This document shows, in pieces, positions 26,480-38,571 of a stretch of 64,000 nt of DNA. The stretch covers positions 35,030,001-35,094,000 of the forward strand of contig NC_087441.1 in the NCBI RefSeq assembly GCF_036321535.1, written 5' to 3'. Under the pieces are notes generated by a model. The model was given only the letters and a program-made list of their open reading frames with translations. It did not search any database and was not told the origin of the DNA. The position numbers were made by a program, and so were the translations under genes. Numbering within the stretch: the first letter of the stretch is position 1; each line of letters opens with the position of its first letter. This DNA is from Camelus dromedarius (Eukaryota).

Positions 26480-27330
26480 CTGTGTGAAGAGGTTAACTCC
26501 TACTCTGCCTGAAGAACCTGTAAAAGTCTCTCCTGAGGGAACTGCCCTGCAAGACACAGCAGACTCTCTTCAGGACCTATCCCCACCACCCCTCTTTGCT
26601 TCTAGATTTCTAACTAGACCCATCTTCCAGCAGGCTCCAAAGGGTGAGGTACACAGTGAGGAAGTGTGCTACATGACACACCAAAAGTTTTCCAACTTAT
26701 TTCCCAGACAGAAATCTCAGGAATGGGTGCATGAATGTATATTAAAGGTGCTGGATGATTGCGGAAGAAACATAAAGTTGAATTCGAATGAATTTATTGA
26801 TATGGGCACACCAAACAGAGATTCTAGAGTCAATGTTTTTGCTGAAGGTGTTAGGAAGTAGGCTAACATTTAGTTTAGTTGGTTGAAACATGGACCAACA
26901 TTAAATGAAATCAAAATGCCAGAAATGACTGCCTTGGTGTACTGCAGAATAAATGTTAAAGTGGCTTTATCATATGAAACCTGCTCGCCTACCCCAGGAG
27001 GGTCCAAAGGACACACCTTCCACTGTGACTGCAAGAAATACTTTTGTGAAAGGAGTCCCAGCATCCCTGAAGAACTCTGTGGTCACTCTTTTCTACAGGT
27101 CAGATATTACAGTGGGAATTGCTGTCACTAAACTGGCATCACTAAATGCAACAGGGAAAATTGGGTGCCAGGGTGGCGGGGCCAAGTGGTAGCACTTAAT
27201 CACCAAAGACAGAGGTGGTTACTATGAGGGACAGCAGAGACAAAGCAGCAATCAGAATAGCCTGGCTTGCAGAGAGAGACCTATGGTGTTGGCTGTGATC
27301 ATGGTGCTCCTAGAAAATAAGCAGATGGGC
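26480..27330 (+). pseudogene. ERV-L gag remnant
   Basis: Translations FSNLFPRQKSQEWVHECILKVLDDCGRNIKLNSNEFIDMG and EGPKDTPST...RNTFVKGVPASLKNSVVTLFYRSDITVGIAVT match HERV-L/MuERV-L Gag motifs (RQKSGE..WEWILRVWDNGGRNIKL; FVRGAPASLKSSV). Confidence 0.88.
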
Positions 27331-27519
27331 AAGCTAATACATTCTAACTTGATCAGTATACGCATAAGATTTTTAGGACTAATGGACAGAGGTCTATCTT
27401 GAATCATCAAAACAGAGTTACAACTTCTCCATTAATTCTTAACCTTGACCTATTTTATAGACTGAGAATCCCTTGAGTGAAGGGGAGGATAACTTCTCCT
27501 GAGAACCTGCTGTACTGGC

Positions 27520-29020
27520 TCTTTCTCCCAGCCTTCTCCTCTGAGTGCCAGTGGCAGATCATGATGCTGTTGGGAGATTTGGCAGGCCCCTACTAGTGAA
27601 TCATAAGGCAAACCCTGAGGCTTTTGGAACAAAGCCCTATCTTCTTCAGCAGGTATCTACTCTCTTTTTGAGAAACAGATTTTGGCTTGCTACAGGGTCT
27701 TAGTAGAAAATGAATGCCTAATCATAGGCCACCAAATTAACATAAGATTTAAGCTGCCCATCATGAACTGGTTGCTGCCTGACGCACCAAGCCATAAAGC
27801 TGGGAGTGCACAGCAGCACTCTGGTATCAACTGGAAGAGGTATACGTGAGTTTGGACCCAAGTAGGCCCTGAAGACATAAGTAAATTACATGAGGAACTA
27901 GTCCAAATGCCCATGGCCCCTTGTCTTGCTACCTTACCTATCCTCTACCTGTCCATACCTATTGCCTCATGGAGTGTTCCCTAAAACTAGTTGACTGAGG
28001 AAGAGAAAACTTGAGCCTGGTTTATAGATGGTTCTGTATGATATGCAGGCATCAACTGAAAGTGGACAGCTGTGGCACTCCAGCCCCCTTGCTAATACAT
28101 CTCTGAAGGGCAATGGTGAAGGGAAATTCTCCAAGGGGACAGAAATCTGAGTAGTGCTGCTAGATGGTCAGTAATTTGGAAAGAAAATGGTCAGAAAATT
28201 GGTACAAGGAAATTTGGGGAAGAGGTATGTGCTTAGACCCCTCTGAATGGGCAAAGAATGTGAAGATATTTGTGTCCCATGTGAATGCTCACCAAAGGGT
28301 GACCTTAGCAGATGAGGATTTTAATCATTAAATGGACAGGCTGATCTATTTTCTCAATCTGAGCCTCTTTTCCAAGCTACGACTGTTATTGCCCAATGGG
28401 CTCATGAACAGTGAACATTATGGCAGAGGTAAGAATTATACATGGGCTCAGCAACATGGAATTGCATTCACCAAGGCTAACCTGGCTACAGCCACTGCTG
28501 AATGCCCGATCTTTCAGGAGCAAATACAACATGAGTTCTTAATATGGCGTCATTCCTTGGGATGATTAGCCAGCTGTCTGGTGGCAGGTTTATTATACTG
28601 GGTGGCCTCCATCATGGAAGAGGTGGTACTTTGTTCCTACTGCAATAGACACTCTGCATATAGAGCTGCTTTCCCTTCTGCCAAAACTAAGGGTCCCTGT
28701 ATTTACAGAATGCCATCATTGTATTCCACACAGTACTGTTTCTGATCAAGGAGTTCACTTCATAACAAATGATATCCGGCAAATGCTCACTCACTGGCAT
28801 TACAATTTTCTCCATCATCCTGAAGCAGAAAGCAAGACAGAACAGTGGAATGACCTCTGAAGACTCCATTACAGTTATACCAATGTGGTGGTACCCGGCC
28901 AGGCTCTGGCCATATCCACCAAGATGCTAAAATACTATAAATCAGCATCCAATATATGATACTCTCTCTCCCATAGCCAGGATTCATGGGACCAGGAATA
29001 AAGGGGTGGAAATGGGAATG
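27520..29020 (+). pseudogene. ERV-L pol remnant (RT connection, RNase H, integrase)
   Basis: Decayed motifs: EKQILACY (~27670), WFIDGS (~28018), AQWAHEQ..H...WAQQHG...TKANLATATAEC (integrase zinc-binding region, ~28390-28510). Multiple stops and frameshifts. Confidence 0.82.
28113..28610 (+). repeat. Arm 1 of the inverted duplication inside ERV-L pol
   Basis: Reverse complement of 29319-29898 apart from ~5 substitutions and an 82-bp deletion at ~28166. Confidence 0.92.
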
Positions 29021-29029
29021 ACACCAGTC

Positions 29030-29318
29030 AGTAATATCCCTAGCAATCTGCTTGCAAAATTTTGCTTCCCATCCCTGTGATCCTTTGATTCACTCTTCGA
29101 GAGATCTTAGTTTCAAAGAGAAGAGTGCTTCCACCAAGGAGACACAACAATGTGACTGCCACCAGTCACTTTGGGCTCCACAGGGCTCTGAAATTATAGG
29201 CAAAGAAAGAAATTTCTATATTGGCTGGGGTGACTGATGCTGATTACCAAGGGACGACTGGGCTGTACTTCACAGTGGAGTAAGGAAGAGTATATCTGTA
29301 ATATAGGAGATCCCTTGG
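29030..29318 (+). pseudogene. ERV-L dUTPase remnant; its continuation resumes at ~29895-30150 after the inverted insert
   Basis: LAGVTDADYQGTTGLYFTVE / KEEYICNIGDPLG, then after the insert PCSVTKVNE...GPDPLGMEVWVTLPGKEP. This is the ERV-L 3' region. Confidence 0.7.
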
Positions 29319-29898
29319 GGAGGCCGCCCAGTATAATAAACCTGCCACCAGACAGCTGGCTGATCATCCCAAGGAATGACGCCATATTAAGAACTCATGT
29401 TGTATTTGCTCCTGAAAGATCGGGCACTCAGCAGTGGCTGTAGCCAGGTTAGCCTTGGTGAATGCAATTCCATGTTGCTGAGCCCATGTATAATTCTTAC
29501 CTCTGCCATAATGTTCACTGTTCATGAGCCCATTGGGCAATAACAGTCGTAGCTTGGAAAAGAGGCTCAGATCGAGAAAATAGATCAGCCTGTCCATTTA
29601 ATGATTNNNNNNNNNNNNNNNNNNNNNNNNNNNNNNNNNNNNNNNNNNNNNNNNNNNNNNNNNNNNNNNNNNNNNNNNNNNNNNNNNNNNNNNNNNNNNN
29701 NNNNNNNNNNNNNNNNNNNNNNNNNNNNNNNNNNNNNACCATTTTCTTTCCAAATTACTGACCATCCAGTCAAACCACTGGCCACAGCCCGTGAGTCAGT
29801 ACAATTTTTTTATATCTCTGGCCATTTCTCCTAAGCAATCTGAACATCTAGCAGCACTATTCAGATTTCTGTCCCCTTGGAGAATTTCCCTTCACCAT
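29319..29898 (-). repeat. Arm 2 of the inverted duplication (includes N gap 29607-29737)
   Basis: Near-identical ORFs 28332-28565(+) and 29364-29597(-). The 131-N gap matches the ~130 bp expected from arm 1. Confidence 0.92.
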
Positions 29899-30470
29899 GC
29901 TCTGTGACTAAGGTCAATGAAATCTACAATTCAATTCACAAGTCAATAAAAGCCATAAAACAGCTAATGGCCCAGACCCTTTAGGAATGGAGGTTTGGGT
30001 CACCCTACCAGGCAAAGAACCATAACCAGCTGAGGCACCTGCTTGAGACCAAAGGGAACATGGAATATACAGATTACATAGTAAAAGAAAGGAGTTATAA
30101 ATACCAACTCTCACCACATGACCAGTTCCAGAAATGAGGACTGTTAAGTTATACGTATTCTTCCTTTCTGTTGCAAATGTTTGTTTGTGTGTCAAATATT
30201 TTTTTGCTTCTTCCTTCTCAAGTGCTTATCTTCTAACATAAGATATATTAATAATAGCTAACTTTATCCTGTATTTTAAGTTATAGGATATAAGAAGAGT
30301 GAACCTCCAATGACCCTGCACCTCTCCTAGGGAAAAAGGGTTAGCACGCTTTCAGTTATAGGATAGCTGTATCATGTTAGGTGGAAGTATGACTTTGTTG
30401 CTGTCATTATTTTGAGATTAAGTATGATTTAAGGAAATGTGTATGGGTACCAAGCTGACAAGGAGTAGAC

Positions 30471-30869
30471 TGCGATAATCAGGTTTATGTGTCAACTTGG
30501 CTAAGCTGTGGTCTCTGGTGACTCAAACACTGAATTAGGTGTTGCTGTGAAAGAATTTTGTAAATGTGATTAACATCTACAATAAACTGATTTTAGTAAA
30601 GGAGATTATTCTCAATCACTTGGGTGGGCGTGATCCAATCATTCGAAAGGTCTTAGGAGCAGAACTGGTTTCCCTGAGGAAGAAGAAATGCCACCTGTGG
30701 AACTCAGCACTAACTCCTGACCCAGAGTGTCCAGCCTGCCCTTCCTGCCCAAAGATTTCAGGCTCTGCTGGGCGGCCTCCACAAATACTTAAGCCGATTC
30801 CTTGCAATAAGTCTTTTAATATATATTTCCTACTAGCTCTGTTTCTCTGGTAGAACCCTGACTAATACA
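30471..30869 (+). mobile_element. ERV-L 3' LTR (MLT2D-like)
   Basis: tg...tttatgtgtcaacttggctaag...ctgaggaagaagaaat...gtttctctggtagaaccctgactaataca, the canonical MLT2 end. Confidence 0.88.
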
Positions 30870-31944
30870 AATATGTTCAAATTATGAGGCCATATAAGAG
30901 TGGGACATATTGAAATGATTTCCACTAAAAATTTCCATTAAAAAAAAAAAGGGAAACTTTGTTATCCACTGTGATTCCCAAGATGTACTGGAGATAGAGT
31001 ATTTCTATGACCATGGTAAAAATTGAGATACAAAACTAAAACCCAGTATAGTAAATAACTTGCCCCAAAGCCACACAGAAAGTTAGAATTTTAACCTAGA
31101 TTTCATAACAGCCAAATTTATCTCCATCTTAATTACATAAATTAACTTTCATTTGATAAATGAATGCTTAGTGTCTCTAGGCAATATTCACCAGTATAAA
31201 GAAAGTCTATTAGAAACAACCACAAATTTTCTTCTACGGAAAACAGTACTTAGGGAAACAATAATGAAGCATTGGTACTTCCTAATAACCAAGTAAAAGT
31301 TTTGAAAAAGTGGACATCAGCCTAAGATTTAATCTAAAATATAAGGAACAGGCATGCTTGGACTTTATTTTATATGAGTTTTTTTTTTCTTTAATCACAA
31401 ATATGTCATTAGGCATAAAATCTAGATCAATAGCAGGAAGCTGTTAAAGTTAAGACACAATGTCGGCAAAAGAGCCAACGTTCAGTTTTCTCTCATTCCT
31501 TGGAGGCAGCGTCCTGGTTTGATGCAGAGCTCCCAAGTAACATAACGACCACACTCCATGTCATTGTAGAGAAATAAATTTCAGCAACTCCCTTCCATGT
31601 TGTTTTCTCCTCCATTTCAAGCAAGCTCAGCCAGAAACAACTACTTACTTGCTAATCCTCTCACTTTATACTCTCTTCTCTGATACATGACTTCTTAGGA
31701 TAAATCCAAAAAGAGCAGGGAACAATAACACCTCTACATTGTATGCTTCACTTAACCTAGCCCCCATGGGAGCCGTTTGAACTACATGGAATTCACTCTG
31801 ATCTGAAAGTTACTGCAAGCTTTACAAAAGACAAAAAAAAAAAAAAGCAAGATTTATTACATCAAAGCTGCCTTCTAATCTAACTTATTAGCAATACAGT
31901 AAAGCACAGATTAGTAATTAACATATTTGAGCTTTTCAATTTTC

Positions 31945-32088
31945 TTTTTTTTTAACATTTTTTTAAATTGAGTAATAGTCATTTTACAATGTTGTGTCAA
32001 ATTCCAGTGTAGAGCACAATTTTACAGTTATACATGACATATGTATATTCATTGCCACACTTTTTTTTTCCACTGTGAGCTACCACAA
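31945..32088 (-). mobile_element. Short young L1 3'-UTR/poly(A) insertion
   Basis: Poly(T) start and L1 3' UTR-like antisense sequence. 16-bp TSD gagctttt(c/a)aattttc at 31929-31944 and 32089-32104. Confidence 0.75.
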
Positions 32089-32108
32089 GAGCTTTTAAAT
32101 TTTCAAAT

Positions 32109-32657
32109 GACAACCACGTGAGTCTATTTTAAGGACTATCAAGGTCAGCATCTATAAAGACTGGCCTGGTTCCCGACTCCAGCGTCCCTCCAGGCCACAC
32201 AACCCTCAAAACTGAGGGTGTCCCAAGTCCCCTTTTACCTGCAGCCCACATAACAGAGTCTCTGCTTTAATGTCCTGGATAGCACTCTGCTCCCTCTGAA
32301 ATGGGCCTCTGGGCTAGTCTATCCAGTTTTTCCAGGGCCTGAATTTCATTTCCCAACCCCAGCCCCAACCCTGGGGCCATACTGTCTGGGATGAGACCTC
32401 TCTGTTTATCTGCCTGGATATCACCTGCTTCCAGACTCTGTGTCACCATGGTCTGCCCCCTTGCTGGGACACCATCTGCTGCACCTTGCTGGTCAACTCG
32501 GACTCCGACCCCTGGCCTGTCAGGACAGCCTCCTGTTGCTGTCATCATTCTCTCTAGATCATGAGGCCACTAGCTTAGCTGGACTTTCTCCCATGGGCTA
32601 AAACGAGTTCCCATTTCAGTGGCTTAGTTCACCCTGGTGGGCACATCCTGTCTTACA
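32109..32657 (-). mobile_element. Probable old solo LTR, family unassigned
   Basis: GC-richer ~550-bp block bounded on the minus strand by TGTAAGAC...GTTGTCA (TG...CA). Confidence 0.35.
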
Positions 32658-35600
32658 AAACCAAACTAATCAGTCCTTCTGCCATCCAAGCACTTTAAAT
32701 TCTGATGTTAGACTGCTCTATGCACTACAAAATATTTCAATTTTAACAGGTTTCAAGCTTAATTAAAAAAGACTGAGAACTGTTTAACAAAGAGTTATGG
32801 GTGTGTGGTAAGTATAAAAAGATAGTCATGCACCAACCTGTACTAGAGGGCGATAAACAGTGGAATATTTTCACTGACACTATAAGAGGTGACAAGGAAT
32901 CATCAGATTCCGTTTTCCAAACAGCCTTCCAACCAAGAGCACATTTATAAAGATAGAAATTGGGAAATGAAATAAATTAACCCTTCAGAAGGTAAACAAA
33001 ATGTCTACACCATAAAAACACAAGTTCTAAACCCAGTTACAGAGATTCTCACAGTCTACATAATTATAAGATATGTAGGTATTTTGCCTATATCGTAAAA
33101 CAATTCTTTAAAATTTAACAATTTTGAAATGTGCCGTAATTTAAAACAAATGACAAAAAATCATTGCTGTTAGACCATGAAGCCACTACTACTTTGCATA
33201 GAAGCAATGCTTTCAGCAGCATAAGGGTAATAAGTCAAAGGCAAAGGCGTGTTGAAAGCAAAAGCAAGAAACGGAAACTTAAAACAACATAATCTTCAAA
33301 CCAGAAATACTCTTCCAGAAATCAAACCCAATGAAGTCCAATCACAGTAAAGTTTTATTAAACAATCAGTCATCTAGGCACCATGCTAAAAGCTTTATAA
33401 ATATCCATTGATTTAACCTTCTAAATAACTTTATAAGAGAGGTGCTATTGTCAGATCCATTTTACAGATGAGAACTTCAAGACTGGAGGTTAGGTAAATT
33501 TACCAGCTAATAAATGGCATAATTGGGACTCAGATTTGTCAATGATTTTTAACCCCTTGCACTGTGCTGTATCTTTGAATAATTTACTAAGATTCAGGCA
33601 GCTAGATGATGGCAAAGTAAGGAACAGAATAGAGATATGACTTCCAACATTCAAGTGCTCCTTCCATAAACTCTTTCGTGTCATCCAACTGTTCAGCGAG
33701 TTTCAGAAGGACTATGAAATCTCATGCGATGGGCTAGTAAATTGCCGCAAGGGAAACAGCCAAAGAAAAATTATAAAGTACTGCTGAAATTACAACTTGA
33801 TGTGATGTGATTAAGCTATAATATGTATTTAAATACTAAACACAGACTCTACAGACTAACATATGAAATCATTTTAAGTGAAGGGGCTTATTTTGAGTGG
33901 ACCCCTAGCAGTCAGCTCACCAAGTTGAGCCATGTTCCATATGACATACAAATAGCATGAAACCACAGACCAAACTAAACCAAAGAGGAGCCTCCACGGT
34001 AGGCGATGTGGATATGACCTTGAGGGACATTGTCCTTTTAACCACCCTGCAGCAGTCATGCCCACACATGGAAAGGTTATATACTGAAGACTTTAATAAT
34101 TGCAGCTAAAATATTCATGATGTCCTTCAGCAATCTGAAGATACACCATTTGAGACAAATAACAAAAATCAGCTTATGTGCAGTTTTGGACAATGACTTC
34201 ATCTTTTTAAAGTTATACCCTTGAACTTTTAGGGTTGTATTTAAAAACAACCATAAATACCACACTTCCCTACCAATGGATTATCATTTGTTTTGACTAT
34301 AGTTACAATGTCTATGTTATTTACAAGGTAGGATAACAGAATGGCATTAAATTAATCAAAAGTATTTTGTGTTCTCAAGCATTTGTAAATTAGGATTTAC
34401 AGACTGAATTTATTTGCAAAATAATCAAATTACCACAATTTTATTGAGAACATAATTAGGTGAAACTTTTTAATCCTTGGAGTTATATTAGTTTACGAGT
34501 TTAAAATAAAAATGAAATGATAAATCATTTGTCCTACCTCCATGTAGTATAAATGATATAACTGTAATACCACCTTACTATCAAGAACAACCGAGATTGG
34601 ATCTAGTTAAGGAAATTGCAGACCTGAGTTGGAACTAAAAACTCCTGGTTAATTAGTGAGTCAGTTATCTGTCTCCTGTTCAATCTTGGCACACCCAAAC
34701 CTTGCAGAAAAAGACATATCACATTCATTAACAGCCAGCTGTTAACAAGACAAATATAGGGCAAAGGTAAGCTGACAAGTAAATGCAAAAGAGATGACTT
34801 CTGCTCACCAGTGAAACCTGATTTACCTGGCCACATTCCGCTACCTATTGGGACAAAGGGGACAGGGTGCCTCATCCAGTGGAAAGAGGCTATAATTATG
34901 TTTATCTGGGCAGGGAGAGAGCAATCATAAGGGGAAAATGATGGATTCAAGCCAGACAGTAACTAGCCATTCTGAAGGCAGGATATCAGGCAATTTCCTG
35001 ATGAGGTGGCCCTAAGAATCCATTGTCTTACTTCTCTACATCTTGTTTAAACATAAGAGGCACCATGATGAAAAGAACAATGGACTGGAAAGCATTCTAC
35101 GTATATCTTATTTCATGCAATTATTTGATTTTGAGATTTGGGCTGGTAATTTCAAGGACTGCCATTACCCAGCTGTGTAACCCAGAAAGTCATTTCTCCT
35201 TCCGCAGCCGTGTTTTCTTCATATGCAGGCTAATTCTCCATTAGGGTTTGCCTGGGAAAGTCCTAGTTTATTTATACTGTCCTGACTTCCTATCTTGCTT
35301 AGCTTTTGTCGTTTTCATAGAGTCCCAGTGTTGACAATATGTAAAGACGTAAATCAGAATGATGTTTTCTCCTGAATCTTCCAGCAATAACATCCTGTCA
35401 TCCACCAGCCCAATTCAGGAGTAAAGAAAGCCACTACAATGTGAATAGTAAATGTCTTGTCAAAAATGCATAAATTTCACCAAGGAGAGCAGATGTAGAA
35501 CTACATATAACTATCTAGATCTCAAAAACAGAGTGTTGTGAAAAGCAGTGTGATACTATTTTTATAAATTCTAAAAAAATAAATCAAGACTAAATACTGG

Positions 35601-35864
35601 AATGGTTGCATAAATATGTGGGTAAGAGTATAAAATGGATTAGAACAATATATACTAATTCATAGATACTTCCGAAAGGAGACTTAACTAACTGCACCAT
35701 TTTATTTCTTTAAAAAGGAAGACTTCATGACTATAAAATAAAATGTATCAGTTCTGAGAGGTGGGAGGCGATTTTATTCTTTGTTCTTCTTGGCATTGTT
35801 CAAATATCTCAATATACAAGTTATACTAATAAAACACTACTGAAACAAAGGAAAGGTAGATCTC

Positions 35865-36325
35865 ATCAAAGATAGGCCTGGAAAAGTGTAGCCGATTGGC
35901 ATGGCTCGTTAACTGGAGCTGGTAAGCATAACTCACATAACAGACCCACAGTCGGTTGAGTTGATGTTACAGACCGTCATTAATTGCTTGATTGGTATAA
36001 CCCAGGTATAGCACAACCACAGGAGGTCCTTCTGGCCTCCAAAATGACTAATTCAAAGTATTCAATGTCCAATACCAACAACGCAAATGAAACACAGGAC
36101 CTGATTGCAACAGATAACATAGTCACAGCCAAAGCACCAGCAACTTTCAAACTCTTCCAACGTGTATGACCAGGCTCTCTTTGAATAGGTCATAATACAC
36201 TGTCCAAGATCCTTTTTGATATAACATATGGAGGTTGACAATATAGGTCTCTTAGCATAATTCAAAGAGCTGGAGACTGAGCTAAAAAAGGAATCCACCA
36301 TCTAAGAACAGACAAATAATAAGCA
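35865..36325 (+). pseudogene. Endogenous parvoviral element: decayed dependoparvovirus (AAV-like) capsid VP C-terminal fragment
   Basis: Collinear translated blocks vs AAV5/AAV8 VP as remembered: NPG (35999-36007); IATDNIVTAKAPATFKLFQRV*PGSL* (36104-36184) vs MATNNQSSTTAPATGTYNLQEIVPGSVW; NRS*YTVQDPF*YNI (36184-36228) vs NRDVYLQGPIWAKI; QY (36239-36244) + ELETELKKE (36267-36293) vs QYSTGQVTVEMEWELKKE; EQTNN (36306-36320) vs EIQYTNN. Confidence 0.78.
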
Positions 36326-38571
36326 AATACTAACAAAATGGAACAATTGGCCCAACATGTTTTACAATGTTATATGTGTTTACTATTTTTCATGGCACAT
36401 TTTAGAAATACTTTGTTTTTACAAATCCAAGGATAGGGTAAGAGGGACATTCTACATTAATGGGCATCATTTTAACTTTCTGGATTGTTTAAGGTATTCC
36501 AAGTGTTTCCCAAGATGAGATTCTAGGTCCCCACAAGTAACAGTACCATTCATTGATTGCCTATAATAGGCTAAAGATTTAAAATTAGTTCATTTACACT
36601 AATTATTCAATTCAGTTCTCACCATGCTCCTGTGAGACATATCCCGATTTCTCTGATATAAGACTCAGAGATGAGAAATTTGGCCAAGGCCTAAGAGTTA
36701 AGTGTAAAGCTGGCGGGCCAGATCCTTGGAGTCTGTCATTGCATTGTCTTCAGGGGAGCCCTTCCCACATCAATGTTCTCAGTAACTGATCAGGAATGTT
36801 TTGTCTTCAGAGATGAGTTAATTACCAACTCTCCATCCCTAGTCTCTCACCATTTCATGTATGAATCCCTTGTGCCACTTTCCTTCCTAGTGGCACCAAG
36901 CTTCTGGAACCATCCCAGGTACCAGAGGCAGCCTATTGCAATTTCAAGCAGCCATTTCTCTGGTGAAATAAAAATATGTCCTCCTCTGATTCCCAGCCAC
37001 TCAACCTAGTTTTGCCTTCTCAGTCACACAGGTGATATTCCTCATATAGTTGAAGAACATTAGCATGTCATCCCTTAGGACCTCCCCGAAGTACTAAATG
37101 TCAGCCACTCCTGATGTGATGCTCTTTCGGTCTCCTCACAGTCGTCTAGCCAACTTTACTCTAGATCTGTAGATCCTGCAGTTTACAAACCCCAGGGGAA
37201 TTGCAAAGTATCCTGAGCTCTGCATCCTCAGTGTTCACAATTGGCGCACAGTAAATGGGGCAAGTGCTCAATAAAAACTTAGTAAATGAAAGAATGAGAA
37301 AATGAGTTTCGCAAACTCTATGAACATTAAGTGGCAGTTATTTTGATCACTAACAATGCTAAACTGACAATGACCACCTCCTTTCTTTGTATATATTTCG
37401 CTTTCTTTCCTTCACAAGGGTGTCTGTTCTGCTCTTTTGTTTGTTGTTTGTTTTGTTTTGTTGCCCATCTCCCCCTCTAGAACTCACCACTTACAAATAG
37501 TTTTTTAACAATCTTCAAAAAGTGATAGTCTGGCTGGCATGAAAATTAACAAGATTTATTTCTTTATTTTCAGGGTTGTGCTTGCTTGATTCTGTTACTC
37601 TTATTTAATACAAAATGACTAAGCCTCTCTTGTGCTTTTATTACTTATGACAAGAAGAAAATATTTTACACATTTCTTTTGGCTATTCCAGGCCTTTTTC
37701 TGTGGACAGTCAATAACATATATACTAAGTGTATATTTATGAATAAATGAAGATACTTTCTTAAACCAATACCCAATATTTGTTTAGCAAGGGTATTAGA
37801 GCTAGGGTCTAAGGTGGTATTTTGTTGTTGTTGTTGTTTTGGATTCAGACATTTCCAGCATGTCTCATGAGTCAGCAGGATGGATCTGTCAAGGATACAA
37901 CTTCATGAGTACCTAAAAGTCCTTATAGGAAGGACATTGATGATGGCTGTTAGGCAAGCCCTAAGACCGCTAAGCTTCCCGAGAAAAAGCCATCTATTAA
38001 CAGTTCCAGCCCTTGGGTCAGAGAGGGAAGAACCTGTTTAGAGTTGGTGGACAGAAAGAGTTGAAGAAACAAACCTGATCCAAGGACAATGGTCCGGTTA
38101 AAAAGGTGAGGAAGGATAGCTGGATGCAGAACACTGGGCAATGCGAACCTAGAAACAAAAGGGCACCACAGATTGGGGAGAGGTTGGTAGAGAGAACTGT
38201 GTCAGCCAAGGGACCACTGGCAGAAAGGCATGGAACTGGGTGAGTGACCTCAGGAGGAATAGCAGTGGCCAGGGACACCGAGAGGGACTGAATATGAACA
38301 GAAAGATGAGGAAGTTGATGTGCCTAGCAGTTACTCTTTCTCTTGAGCTATTTGGGGCTTGGAGTCTAGTCACTTTTCTAATAGAGCCCAGGACAGAAAA
38401 TTACTGTTTGGCTAGTGTTAGTGTGAACTGATTGTCATAGTCCAGGCTGATATTACCTGGGATATTTAACATAGATTAAAACTTTATTTTTCTTTATTTC
38501 ATTACTCATTGACCATAATAAATTTTGCTTTCCCACTTGCTCTAGGGCCCAGCGTTGAAGGAGCAAAGCTA

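Larger units (their letters stand above)
25818..30869 (+). mobile_element. Ancient ERV-L provirus (MLT2D-like LTRs) with most of RT deleted and an inverted internal duplication
   Basis: Two MLT2-type LTRs flank decayed gag, pol (connection/RNase H/integrase) and dUTPase in ERV-L order; PPT-like aaggagtagac precedes the 3' LTR. Confidence 0.9.

Noticed and set aside
35984-36100. Similarity of LLDWYNPGI...NSKY to bornavirus L (LLPFINPGI...NSKY), and of WYNPG to VSV G
   Set aside because: Isolated short matches that do not extend collinearly. The AAV capsid alignment explains the whole region with more and longer blocks.
36062-36301. Cys-rich 79-aa minus-strand ORF
   Set aside because: Most simply the antisense shadow of the plus-strand capsid remnant; no convincing family match.
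35882-36310. NUMT or TGA=Trp code hypothesis for the TGA-rich frame
   Set aside because: The read-through peptide matches no mitochondrial protein. TGG/CGA to TGA decay of a viral frame explains the stops.
37860-38430. Purine-rich GC-elevated block, possibly an old LTR or Gypsy remnant
   Set aside because: No termini or motifs could be assigned with confidence; needs a Dfam search.
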